A stretch of 64,000 bases of DNA, taken from contig NC_086102.1 in the NCBI RefSeq assembly GCF_963921235.1, positions 44,392,001 through 44,456,000 of the forward strand, written 5' to 3'. The notes under the pieces were generated by a model. The model worked only from the letters and a program-made list of their open reading frames with translations. It was not told the origin of the DNA and ran no database searches. Both the position numbers and the translations under genes were made by a program. This DNA comes from Mobula hypostoma. Taxonomy: Eukaryota. Of the stretch, positions 36,012-47,187 are shown one piece after another. The first letter of the stretch is position 1, and each line of letters begins with the position of its first letter.

Positions 36012-38883
36012 ACTAGTCCTCCAGGTTGGAGGGTTCAGCTCAGGGCTAACAACCCTCACTGGTCAAAAAAAAATTGTTACAGAAACAGCAATGAAGAATC
36101 CTGTATCTGCGTGTGACGGTATTCCTGAGTCTCCTGCTAGGATATGCATGACTGACAGAAGTGAAGAGTGAGAGGAAGCTACTGGCAAGAAGGAGGAAAC
36201 CCTGCACACTGCCAGGATCAAGACCAAAGCTGGGGTTTTTTTTGGGAATGTACGAACCATGCACAACACTGGCAAGCTAGCACAAATAACTGCAGAAATG
36301 CATTGTTACTACTTCCATACACTGGGGGTCAGTGAGTGTGGATGGACACGGTCTGGCAGACTAAAGGCAACCACTGGTGAAACAGTTTTACACTTTGGAA
36401 GGGAAGATGGTCAGCATCATGATGGTGCTGCTGTCATTTTGAAGAAAGGCACTGAGAAGTACTTGCTGGAGTGGAAAGCTGTCAACAGAAGGCTGATGGG
36501 AGTCAGGCCGAACAGGAGGCAAGTGAACATGACTGTGATCTAGTGCTGTGCTCCAACTAATGATAACGACATTGAAGAAAAGTATGGTTTCTATGAAAAG
36601 CTGCAATGGGAAGTAGAGTTAACACGCCATGACATGATCACTGTCATGGGAGATCTAAATGCCAAAGTGGGAAATAACAACTGACACTTCTCTAGAGTCA
36701 GGGGCATGCATGGATGTAGAGCGATGAATAACAACATAGAAACATAGAAACATAGAAAATAGGTGCAGGAGTAGGCCATTCGACCCTTCGAGCCTGCACC
36801 GCCATTTATTATGATCATGGCTGATCATCCAACTCAGAACCCCACCCCAGCCTTCCCTCCATACCCCCTGACCCCTGTAGCCACAAGGGCCATATCTAAC
36901 TTCCTTTTAAACATAGCTAATGAACTGGCCTCAACAGTTTGCTGTGGCAGAGAATTCCACAGATTCACCACTCTCTGTGTGAAGAAGTTTTTCCTAACCT
37001 CGGTCCTAAAAGGCTTCCCCTCTATCCTCAAACTGTGACCCCTCGTTCTAGACCTCCCCAACATCGGGAACAATCTTCCCGCATCTAGCCTGTCCAATCC
37101 CTTTAGGATCTTATACGTTTCAATCAGATCCCCCCTCAATCTTCTAAATTCCAACGAGTACAAGCCCAGTTCATCCAGTCTTTCTTCATATGAAAGACCT
37201 GCCATCCCAGGAATCAATCTGGTGAACCTTCTTTGTACTCCCTCTATGGCAAGGATGTCTTTCCTCAGATTAGGGGACCAAAACTGCACACAATACTCCA
37301 GGTGTGGTCTCACCAAGGCCTTGTACAACTGCAGTAGTACCTCCCTGCTCCTGTACTCGAATCCTCTCGCTATAAATGCCAGCATACCGTTCGCCTTTTT
37401 CACCGCCTGCTGTACCTGCATGCCCACTTTCAATGACTGGTGTATAATGACACCCAGGTCTCGTTGCACCTCCCCTTTTCCTAATCGGCCACCATTCAGA
37501 TAATAATCTGTTTTCCTATTTTTGCCACCAAAGTGGATAACTTCACATTTATCCACATTAAATTGCATCTGCCATGAGTTTGCCCACTCACCCAACCTAT
37601 CCAAGTCACCCTGCATCCTCTTAGCATCCTCCTCACTGCTAACACTGCCACCCAGCTTTGTGTCATCCGCAAACTTGGAGATGCTGCATTTAATTCCCTC
37701 ATCCAAGTCATTAATATATATTGTAAACAACTGGGGTCCCAGCACTGAGCCTTGCGGTACCCCACTAGTCACCGCCTGCCATTCTGAAAAGGTCCCATTT
37801 ATTCCCACTCTTTGCTTCCTGTCTGCTAACCAATTCTCCACCCACACCAATACCTTACCCCCAATACCGTGTGCTTTAAGTTTGCACACTAATCTCCTGT
37901 GTGGGACCTTGTCAAAAGCCTTTTGAAAATCCAAATATACCACATCCACTGGTTCTCCCCTATCCACTCTACTAGTTACATCCTCAAAAAATTCTATGAG
38001 ATTCGTCAGACATGATTTTCCTTTCACAAATCCATGCTGACTTTGTCCGATCATTTCACCGCTTTCCAAATGTGCTGTTATCACATCCTTGATAACTGAC
38101 TCCAGCAGTTTCCCCACCACTGACGTTAGGCTAACCGGCCTATAATTCCCCGGTTTCTCTCTCCCTCCTTTTTTAAAAAGTGGGGTTACATTAGCCACCC
38201 TCCAATCCTCAGGAACTAGTCCAGAATCTAACGAGTTTTGAAAAATTATCACTAATGCATCCACTATTTCTTGGGCGGTGAAAGACTGGTGGAATTCTGT
38301 GCCATGAACAACCTGGTCACCTCGTTCCACAGTGTAAAAATCAACAAACTGAGATGGTGCTCACCCAATGGACATGACAAGAACCAGATTGACCATCTAA
38401 TGATCAATGGGACGTGGAGATGACCTTTGCAGGATATTGAGGTGAAGAGAGGAGCAGATACAGGAAGTGATCACCACTTTGTTGTAGTAGTGATGAAACG
38501 CAAGCTGAGAAGCACTGGGACCAGAACACATGTGCAAAGATGTTTTGATGCTGACAGGCTCAAGGACACCAACATGAGGTCTGCTTTCACAAGATCTCCA
38601 ACCATGCCCTACTCCTTCAGTGTCACCATGAGGACATGGCCACAATCATCATGAGGAAACGTTGGAGATGGATTAGACACGTGATGAGAAGAGAGGCCAA
38701 CTCCATCATCAAGGCCAGGAAACGTGGGAGACCAAAGGCAACTTGGCACAGTACTGTAGAGGCAGAAATGAAGACCCTGAACCACACCTGGGGTACAGGA
38801 GAGAAGATGGCCAAGGAGAGATGGAGATGGAGGACCTTCACTGATGCCCTAAATGTCAGCAACGTAACGGGCAGTAACTACTA
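36012..38883 (+). mobile_element. RTE-clade element with leader, APE endonuclease and C-terminus but no RT; 13-bp TSD; split by a CR1
   Basis: NVRTMHNTGKLAQI..LGVSECGW, GDLNAKVG, NNNGERLVEFC, D..SDH (ggaagtgatcaccac), then RKRWRWIRHVMRR..GRPKATW. TSD aataatgctttgg at 35999-36011 and 38884-38896. Confidence 0.9.
36736..38276 (-). mobile_element. Young 5'-truncated CR1 LINE with an uninterrupted RT frame, nested in RTE
   Basis: ORF 36834-38330 has about 480 CR1 codons without stops (QHGF, YLDFQKAFDK, GVPQGSVLGP, KFADD, ALVRPHLEYC); the first 18 aa are RTE antisense. (TTCTATGT)n tail. Confidence 0.97.
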
Positions 38884-39989
38884 AATAATGCTTTGGCTTT
38901 ATAAGGGATACATTGAAACGGTGGGCAGGCAAAAGAAGAAAATCCATGCCCCTGTCATGTGGCCACATTTCCAAAAATGAATCATTTTTGTATTCTGTCA
39001 CAAATGCTAAAGTATATTTCATCATTCACTGAACCTTTAGAGTCAACATTAAATTGATGCCGAAAACCCATTTTACAACTATTAAAGCTTGCAAGTTTTT
39101 CCCCTGATTAAGTAACAACGCCAATGTTCAAAAAGATCCCACTCAACCTCCCAAGATATTTTACCAGTTACAGCATCAAAAAACTGAGTGCAGACTAACA
39201 CTTGTATAAACTCCTGGAGCTTGGCTCAGACTGATGTAATACAGAAGTTCATTAGAGCAAGATGGCATATTTGCATATTTTATTTTTAATTAGACCATCT
39301 GTTCAAAGTTGGCGTGAATTGAGTAATTAGGCTCAAGTACTAGAGTATCTAAATGTAGCTCTGTGAACTCGGTCAAAGCCAAAAGCTGGATGGACAGGAC
39401 ATGTGACAAAGGACTACCACAGCTCAAAACCTGACCTGTGAGCTCAAAGTCAATTAAAACTTTTGCTAATACCTTCCTGCAAAAGTGCACAGCAACGGAT
39501 AGCAAGAGTGGCCAAAGTGTTTCTGGGTGGGTGAATTTAATAACTATAAATCGGTCCCTGAACCAAGTCTTTCTAACCTCATACATAATCACTCACAACG
39601 CATCCTGATCCGGTAACTGCACAAGGTGCAGCCTGAAATTTGCCAGATCCATTAAAGTGACAGCAATAATCAGCCAGGATGTGGAAAGGTGCCCTCGGGT
39701 TTTTGTTGTCAGCGCATTAAACAGTACGCTGTACATTATTCTTCATTTTAAATGATGCTGTTTGAATTTGCAACTTGCATAAATAAGCTGATGCTGAGGA
39801 ATGGCCAACTGCTTGCTGGCTGACTGCAAATTCAGAAGTGGATTCTTCTTAACTAATAAGTATTTGTAAGCTCTGTGCTCTTTTATATAAATATCCTAAC
39901 AGAAACAGGCATGCCACTCAGCACATTAAAGAGACGATTGTCTTCGTGGCTTGTGCCTGCATTCACAGCGACACAGCATTGAAAACAGG

Positions 39990-40145
39990 TAACACACACA
40001 CTTAGCAGATCAGGCAGCATCTATGGGAAAAAGTACAAGTCGACATTTTGGGCTGAGATCGTTCAGCAGAACAGGCCTGCTGAGTTCCTCCAGCATGTTG
40101 TGTGTTGTGCTTAGACTTCCAGCATCTTCAGATCTTCTCTTGTTA
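39990..40145. mobile_element. Small Penelope derivative: two pLTR halves in inverted orientation
   Basis: Minus pLTR with a decayed hammerhead (40037-40070) directly joined to plus-strand ggcctgctgagttcctccagcatgttgtgtg. Confidence 0.75.
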
Positions 40146-40169
40146 ATGAAAACATGTATCATGTCAGAG

Positions 40170-40620
40170 CAACACTCACAAAAATGCTGGAGGAACTTAG
40201 CAGGTCAGGCAGCATCTATGGAAAGGAATGAACAGCTGATGTTCCAGGCCAAACCCTTACTCAAGACTGGAAAAAGGGGGAGAGGCCAGAATAAGAAGGT
40301 GGGAAGAGGAAGACGGAATGGAGCACAAGCTAGGTGATTGTGTGTGGTGTGGGGGGGGGGGGCAATGATGTGAGAAACTGGAAGAAGGTGGAAAAAGTAA
40401 ACGGCTGAAGAAGTAGGAATCTGATCGGAGAAGAGAGAGGAGAGGAGACCATGGAGGAAAAGGGAAAGGGTGGGCAGTGGGAAATGATAGGCAGCTGAGA
40501 AGGGAAGGGGTAAAAGGGTAGCCAGAGTGTGGAATGGAAAAGGAGGGAAGGGGGAGAAGGAGATATTTCTAAAAGTGAGAGGAATTGATGTTCATGTCAT
40601 CAGGTTGGGGGCTACTAGGT
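40170..40620 (-). mobile_element. Penelope-like element 3' end
   Basis: pLTR aaaatgctggaggaacttagcaggtcaggcagcatc, purine-rich UTR, and the last GIY-YIG codons (agtagcccccaacctgatgacatgaacatcaatt on minus). Confidence 0.85.
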
Positions 40621-41404
40621 GTTATGTCAGTCCATTCCCCAGTATAACAGCCAAGTGCCTATTGCATATGGTGTTCTGCTACTGGGAGCAATCCCACTCT
40701 CCAAAGAAGCAATATCTCACTCTGGAATTTCCAGAACTTACCTTAAAAGCAGGCAGTACATTAATGGATCACCGTTTTTATGCTGACTGCTGCCAAAATG
40801 GTTCCATTTCTATTTCAATCCAACTATATCCTTCCTCATTTATTGTCTTGTAGCATTTGGCCTCTGTTGTATGGTCCCACTTGCTACACAGGAAGGTTCA
40901 ATGGGCCAATTAACCACTCTTTTCCCCACATTATAACACCAAAACAATACTTTATTGACTGTAAACTCTGGAACATCTCACTATCCAAAAGTCTCCTTAA
41001 TGGTATTCCTTTGCCAGCGAAGTTGCTGCCCACATCGGACAATATTTGCGAGATGGATAAACCAGCGATTGCTGCTGGGTTGCTGCAAGAAATCCCCCAG
41101 GAGAGAAAGGCAATGCACGCTGTTTGCTAGCAAATGCTAATCTGCCAATCAGGGTGAATGGACAATTAGCAAAGAACAACAACATGATTACAACATGCAT
41201 ATTACTCTGTGGAGCTTTGCATGAGGAAATAATTATCATCAGAATGAGTCTGAGGCAAAGCTACAGCCCCAACCATGACCACTACAAACACAGGTCAGGA
41301 TGAGAACCAAAAAGGCTGCAAAAATACTCTGCCCTCGTCATTTATCTTCCAATAATCTCACTCATACCTTCTTAGGGTGTCAAGCTGCAACAACATCACA
41401 ATTA

Positions 41405-43505
41405 CCTCAAAATGCTGGAGGAACTCAGCAGGTCAGGCAACGTCCATGGATACGAATAACTAGTTGACATTTTGGGGTCTATACACTTCAGTTCTGAAAG
41501 GAGGGGGAAGTCACCAGAATAAAAAGGTGAGGGGGATGGGAAAGAGGACCAGCTAGAAAATGATAGATGAAGCCAGGTGGGTTGAAAAGGTAAAGGCCGA
41601 GAGAGGAAGGAATCTGATAGGAGAAAAGAGTGGCCCATAGGAGAAATTGAAGGAATGGCACCAAGGGGAGGTGACAGGTAGATGAGGAGAAGTAAGAGGG
41701 GGAGGGGGAAGGGGAGGGGAGGGATTTTTTTAAACTGGAAAGGGGGGGGGATCTATATTCATGCCTTCAGGTTGGAGGCTATTCAGACAGAATATAAGGT
41801 GTTGCTCCACCACCCTGAGGGTGGCCTCTAAGAGGAGTCCATGGACCGACATGTCAGAACGGGAATGGGAATCAAAATGTTTGCCCACTGGAAAGTTCTG
41901 CTTTTAGCTGATGGAGTGGAGGTGCTCGATGAAGCGGTCCCCCAACTTACAATGGGTCTCACCAATTTAGAGAAGGCCACATCAGGAGCACCGGATACAA
42001 TAGATGACACCAGCAGATTCACAGGTGAAGTGTCGCCTCATGTGGAAGGGCTGTCTGGGGCTCTGAATGGAGGTGTGGGAGGAGGTGAATGGGCAGGTGT
42101 AGCACTTAGGCCACTTGCAGGGATAAGCGTCAGGAGGGAGATTAGTGGGGAGAGACGAATGGACAGGAGAATCAGAGGGATCACAGTGGAAAGCCAAAGA
42201 GTGGGGAGGAGGTGAAGATGTGTTTGGTGGTAGGATCTCTTCAGAAATGGTGGAAGGTGCAGAGAATGATGTGTTAGATGCGTTGGTTTGTGGGTTGGTA
42301 GATGAGGTCAAGAGAAATTCTATCACTGTTAGGCAGCAGGAAGGTGGCCTGAGCATGGATGTCCAGGAAATGGAGGAGATGCGAGTGAGGGCAGCATCAA
42401 CAGTGGAGGAAGGGAAACCCTGTTCTTGGAAGGAGGAGGACATCTCTGATGTTCTGGAAAGGAAAGCTTCGTCCTGGGAACAGATGCATCAGAGACGAAG
42501 GAACAGACAAAAGGGAATAGCATTTTTTTTTTTACGAGGATCCACTCTTCTCTCCTATCAGATTCCTTCCTCTCCAGCTCTTTACCGTTCCCACCCACCT
42601 GGTTTCGCCCATCACCTTCCAGCTAGCCTCCTCCCCTACCATGGGAAATCGGTAGGTTTATAAAAGATGTCGGTCAACAGTTTGTCTCCAGAGATGGAGA
42701 CAGAGAGATTGAGAAAGGGGAGGGAGGTGACAAATGGAAACAATTGTAAACTGACATCATTCCCATAGCCATGTTGGTCCACGGCCTCCTCTTGTGCCAC
42801 ATTGTGGCCATCCGTAGGGTGGAGGAGAAACACCTAGTGTTCCATCTGGGTAGCCTCCAACCTGATGGCATGAATATCGATTTCTCCTTCCAGTAAAAAA
42901 AACATTCCTTCCCCTTCCCCTCCTCTATTCCCCACTCTGGCCTCTTATCTCTTCCCTGTGTTGGGCATGTGGCCAAGTGGTTAAGGCATTCGTCTAGTGA
43001 TTTGAAGGTCACTAGTTCAAGCCTCAGCTGTGGCAGTGTGTTTGTGTCCTTGAACAAGGCATTTAACCACACATTGCTCGAGTGTCTGTGCGAGGAGTGG
43101 CGTCCCACACAGTCTGCCAATCTGCGCCTTGTAAGGCATGAAAATGCCCGACGCAGGCCTCTCATGGTCTGAGTCGACAGTCCCTTCTCTTCTCAGCTGC
43201 CTATCACCTCCCCCAGGTTCCCTTTCTCCCACGGTCCACTCTCCTCTCCTATCAGATTCCTTCCTCTTCCGTCCTTTATCTTTCCCACCCATCTGGCTTC
43301 AATCATCATTTTCTTGCTATTCCCCTTCCCCTCCCCCCTCATTTCTATTCTGGCTTCTTCTCCCTTCCTTTTCTGTCCTGAAGGAACTCTGCTCAAATCA
43401 TAGACTGTTTGTTCGTTTCCAAAGATGATACCTGACCTGCTGAGTACCTCCGGCATCTTGTGTGTGTTGCTCTGGAATTCCTGCATCTGCAGAATCTCTT
43501 GTGTT
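41405..43505. mobile_element. Rearranged Penelope-like element: minus-strand 3' half plus an inverted 3' segment, interrupted by a SINE
   Basis: Minus: LPFLNLSVSISGDKLLTDIFYKPTD (42636-42740) and ORF 41982-42443 (GFPSSTVDAAL..PCKWPKCYTC..FTCESAGVIYCIRCS). Plus: RVEEKHLVFHLGSLQPDGMNIDF (42820-42890) and pLTR 43370-43505. Confidence 0.88.
42955..43185 (+). mobile_element. tRNA-derived SINE with CORE-like segment, 7-bp TSD TCTCTTC
   Basis: A box tggccaagtgg, B box agttcaagcc, gtgtccttgaacaaggcatttaacc core; TCTCTTC at 42948-42954 and 43186-43192. Confidence 0.85.
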
Positions 43506-43939
43506 TACCACAATTTCCACCCCTTGATCTTTCTAATTTTTTTATATATCATTTCTAGATTTTATAGTTCTCACTTTTTGATTTAATTCTTCTTTTTTGA
43601 TTTTAAACTTCAATGGAATTTTCCAGAAGAAGATAAAATAACCATTAAGGGAAGTGTGAAGTACAAATAGAAAATAATTCAAATATGTGGATGTGCAGAG
43701 AGAAAGATGAGCTCTGTTGTGCTGAGAGTGTAATCTACTTGAAGTGCTGTCAGAGGATAAGCAGGTAAGTCATTGCATTAAGCAAAGCAGGAAAGAAGAA
43801 TGTAAACAGACAAGCGAGGGATTCAATTGATGCATCCATGACATATGCTGGAAAGCAGAAGCAAATTGTTTAACAGGGACCTGGGAAATGATTTAAAAGC
43901 AATACACAATTAACTAGCACATCTCAAAGATGTGAGCTT

Positions 43940-44840
43940 AGCCCAGTGCTCTGCCTTTCTCTGTACCCACTACTGTGTGGCCAGGCACAGCTCAAGCACC
44001 ATCTGTAAATTTGCCTATGATACAACTATTGCTGACAGAATTTCAGATGGTGACAAGGAGCCGTACAGGAGTGAGACAGATCAGCTGGTTAAGTGATTTT
44101 GCAGCAGCAGTCTTGCACTCAACATCAGCAAGATGAATGAATTGATTGTTGACTTCAGAAAAGGGGAACCGAGGGAACTCTCACCTCATTGAGGGACCAG
44201 CAGTGGAAAGAATGAGCAGTTTCAAGTTCCTGGGTGTTAACATCTCTGAAGATACAGTATATTCCGGGTCCAGCACACTACTGCAATTACAAAAGAGGCA
44301 TGACAGTAGCTATATTTCATTGGAAATTTGAGGAGACTTGGTATATCACCAAAGACTATCAAATCTCTACAGGTATACCATGGAGAATTTCTAACTGTCC
44401 AGTAAGGAGGGGCCACTGCACAGAATCGGAAAAGGCTGCAGAAGGTTGTAAATTCAGTCAGCTCCATCATAGACACTGGCCTTCTCAGCATCCAGGACAG
44501 CTTCAAAAGGTGATTCCTAAAAAGGCGGCTTGCTTTATAAAGGACCCCCATCACCTGGGACGTGCCCTCTTCTCACTGCTATCAAGGAGGTGGTACAGGA
44601 GCTTGAAGACACACACTCCACATTTCAGAAACAGCTTCTTCCTCTCCGCCATCTGAATTCTGAATGGGCAATGAACCCATGAATACTACTTCAGAATTTT
44701 TCCTTTTTTTTTGTACTAATCCAATAAAGTTTTTATAAATATTTTACTATAAATTATAAATTTATTATGGATTGTAATGTACTGCTGCTGCAAAACAACA
44801 AATATCATGACATCTGCCTGTGCTATTAAACCTGATTTTG
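43940..44840 (+). mobile_element. Rex1/Babar LINE, RT to 3' UTR
   Basis: aaatttgcctatgatacaact (decayed KFADDTT), SSFKFLGVNISED, FIKDPHHLGRALFSLL..RSLKTHT..FRNSFF. Confidence 0.85.
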
Positions 44841-44939
44841 AACTGCTTTCATCTTAAAGCATTTACAAGTCAAGGCTCATGTTCCTATCTGCTGCCACCC
44901 TCAATAACCCATCGACTTGATGGCCTCATTTATAATTTA

Positions 44940-45125
44940 TTCTTAGGGAAAGCCTGCATTGTTCTATCCCTCCACCTTCTCCCTAAAACTTGAAACTAAT
45001 TTTTCTCCCTGTCCTTGTTTTATAAAAAGGCCTTTGACCTGATATATTAACACCGTTTCTCTTTCCAGAAGTGCTGCCTGGCATGTTGAGCATTTCAAAT
45101 TTACCACTATCTGCATTTTTTGCTG
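44940..45125 (+). mobile_element. Old Penelope pLTR
   Basis: aaaggcctttgacctgatatattaacaccgtttctctttccagaagtgctgcctggcatgttgagcatttc is a decayed pLTR/hammerhead region. Confidence 0.5.
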
Positions 45126-45339
45126 AAGCATTTGATGCATTGATTTTAATATACAAAGAACGAAGGTTCAGGGAAGGTACCATTAAACTGTAAAATAGAA
45201 AATATAATACCTTTATCCAAACAGGGTGGCAGACAAAAGAAAAAGGAAACTACAGGCTAGTTAGCTTTAATCTGTCACGAGGAAATTGCTGGAAGGTATT
45301 ATTAAAGTTGATATGATTTTCGTAATTATGTTTGATTAA

Positions 45340-46620
45340 TTATTTGGAGCACGTTGAAGGAGGATGATGTTGTGGATAAAGGGATACCTGTGGATGTATT
45401 AAATTTAGATTTACAGAATACATTCGATAAGAGGGCACAGCAAAGAACATTGCAAAAAGTAAAGGTTCATAGTGGAGCAAGTGGCATGTTGACAGAAGAT
45501 TGGCTGGCCAATCAGAAACAGCGAGTAGGAATAAAAGAATATTTTTCTGCTGGGCAAGATACTGTATAATAAGTGGCATTTCACAAGGATCTCAGCCTTT
45601 TGCTATTTAATTATACACCACAACTAGGATCATTCAGATAAGCTAGTTTGGTGCTGAAGATACGGCTGCTGAATTTGCAGATGATACAATGATAGGTACG
45701 AAATTAAGTTGAGATGCTGGCATATGGAGAGTACAGAGGGATTTAGAGATGTTATGTAAGTGGGTAAAAATCAGATAGAACGATGTACATGAAGGCCTGA
45801 AACGTCGACTGCGCCTCTTCCTATAGATGCTGCTTGGCCTGCTGCGTTCACCAGCAACTTTGATGTATGTTGCTTGAATTTCCAGCATCTGCAGAATTCC
45901 TGTTGTTTGGAAGAAATAAATAGTCCATTTTGACAAGAAAGAATAAAAAGCATATTATCTGCAGGGTGAGAGTGCAGAGCTTTGAGAGATCTGTTTTTCT
46001 AGTACACGATTCACAAAATGCTCATCTGCAGGTAATTAGCAAAGCCACTGCAGCAAGCAAGCAGCCAACAGAATACTTTGTTTATGACGAGGAGAAGCAA
46101 ATGTAAAAGTTAGGGAAGTGAAGCTTCAGTTATATCAAGCGCTGGTGGGACCACATGTCCCTTATTTGAAAAAGGATAGCAAAGCAGATCGGAGTTTCCT
46201 AGATTGTTACTGGAAATGGACAGGTTGTTAATGAAAAAGAGAGTAGATTTAACTTAACTCCAGTCCCAAGAGCAGCTAAGAATAAAAACAGACTCATCTG
46301 AGGCATGACCATGAGGGGTGTTCAGAGGGGGATCTGGTGATGATCTTTTTTCCACAAGGGGCCAAACAGAACTAGAGACCACATAGAAATTAAATACTTG
46401 CTTAAAACAGATGAAGCGAATGCTTCCCCCACACCTACCCTGCCTCTCAGAGCTGTGAATTTTTGGAACTCTACCCTCAATGTTTAAATATTTTTAAGGC
46501 GGCCATAGATTTCAGATAAGAAAAGAGTGGGAAGTGCAAGTAAAAGGTCACCAGGGTAGGATGGGATAGTGGAATTTAGTTTACAGTTAGATAAGGTTAC
46601 ATTACTTTTGGGTAGGCTTG
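45340..46620 (+). mobile_element. Old CR1 LINE, interrupted by a pLTR fragment
   Basis: PVDVLNLDLQNTFDK, gctgaatttgcagatgatacaatg (FADD), cgctggtgggaccacatg, and decayed 3' UTR. Confidence 0.75.
45789..45910 (+). mobile_element. Penelope pLTR fragment (3' half of the hammerhead retained)
   Basis: gaaggcctgaaacgtcgactg..ctatagatgctgcttggcctgctgcgttcaccagcaactttg; the CUGA part of the core is missing. Confidence 0.8.
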
Positions 46621-47187
46621 AGGGACAAAGTGGCCTTCTCCTCCACATGATTCATATGCAAAAGAGAAGAATTAAAGCATATGAGGAATTAAACATAGGC
46701 ATTGGATCTGAATTCACAGCAAAAATCATCAGCAAAGGGAAGCAATGAAAATATCTCACAAAGAGCCTACAGATCAAACAATGCAAAACTCAATATCTAC
46801 AAAATTGGACTAGTAATGAGGAGCAGAACTCAAAAGTTGAGGAACAGGGCTGTTGCTTGTTGTGGGAGGTCAGCTTCATATTAGTGCTGACCATGTAGCC
46901 AACACCAACATTGCCTAAACTAATACCGATTGATCAGAGTCCATTGAGACTTCTTACAAAATAATCTGTAAATCATCAATAACCACCAATTCTCAAGGAT
47001 AGGCTGCTGCTGTCCATCCTCCAAATGGGGGAGCTTCTGGTATCATCCTAGGAATCAAGCAAAAAGCATTTTTGTTTGCAATTCATAAGGCAAAGCTATT
47101 GGATCACTTTGATTAGATGAGCTTGATCCATTAGCCAATCAGATCTTCAGAGATTTGTTCATTTGCCAGGAGCCAAAGAGAACATCA

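Noticed and set aside
40736-40800. Strong minus-strand donor AAG|GTAAGT as the IGSF3 leader exon
   Set aside because: The phase-1 frame has TAA directly before the donor; at most a non-coding exon.
42145-42663. 172-aa plus-strand ORF and similar long ORF-track entries (37522-37926, 6052-6462, 14508-15041)
   Set aside because: They are antisense shadows of Penelope, CR1 or RTE coding sequence, not host genes.
42963-43030. tRNA gene
   Set aside because: Cloverleaf arms are incomplete; it continues into a SINE body and is flanked by a TSD.
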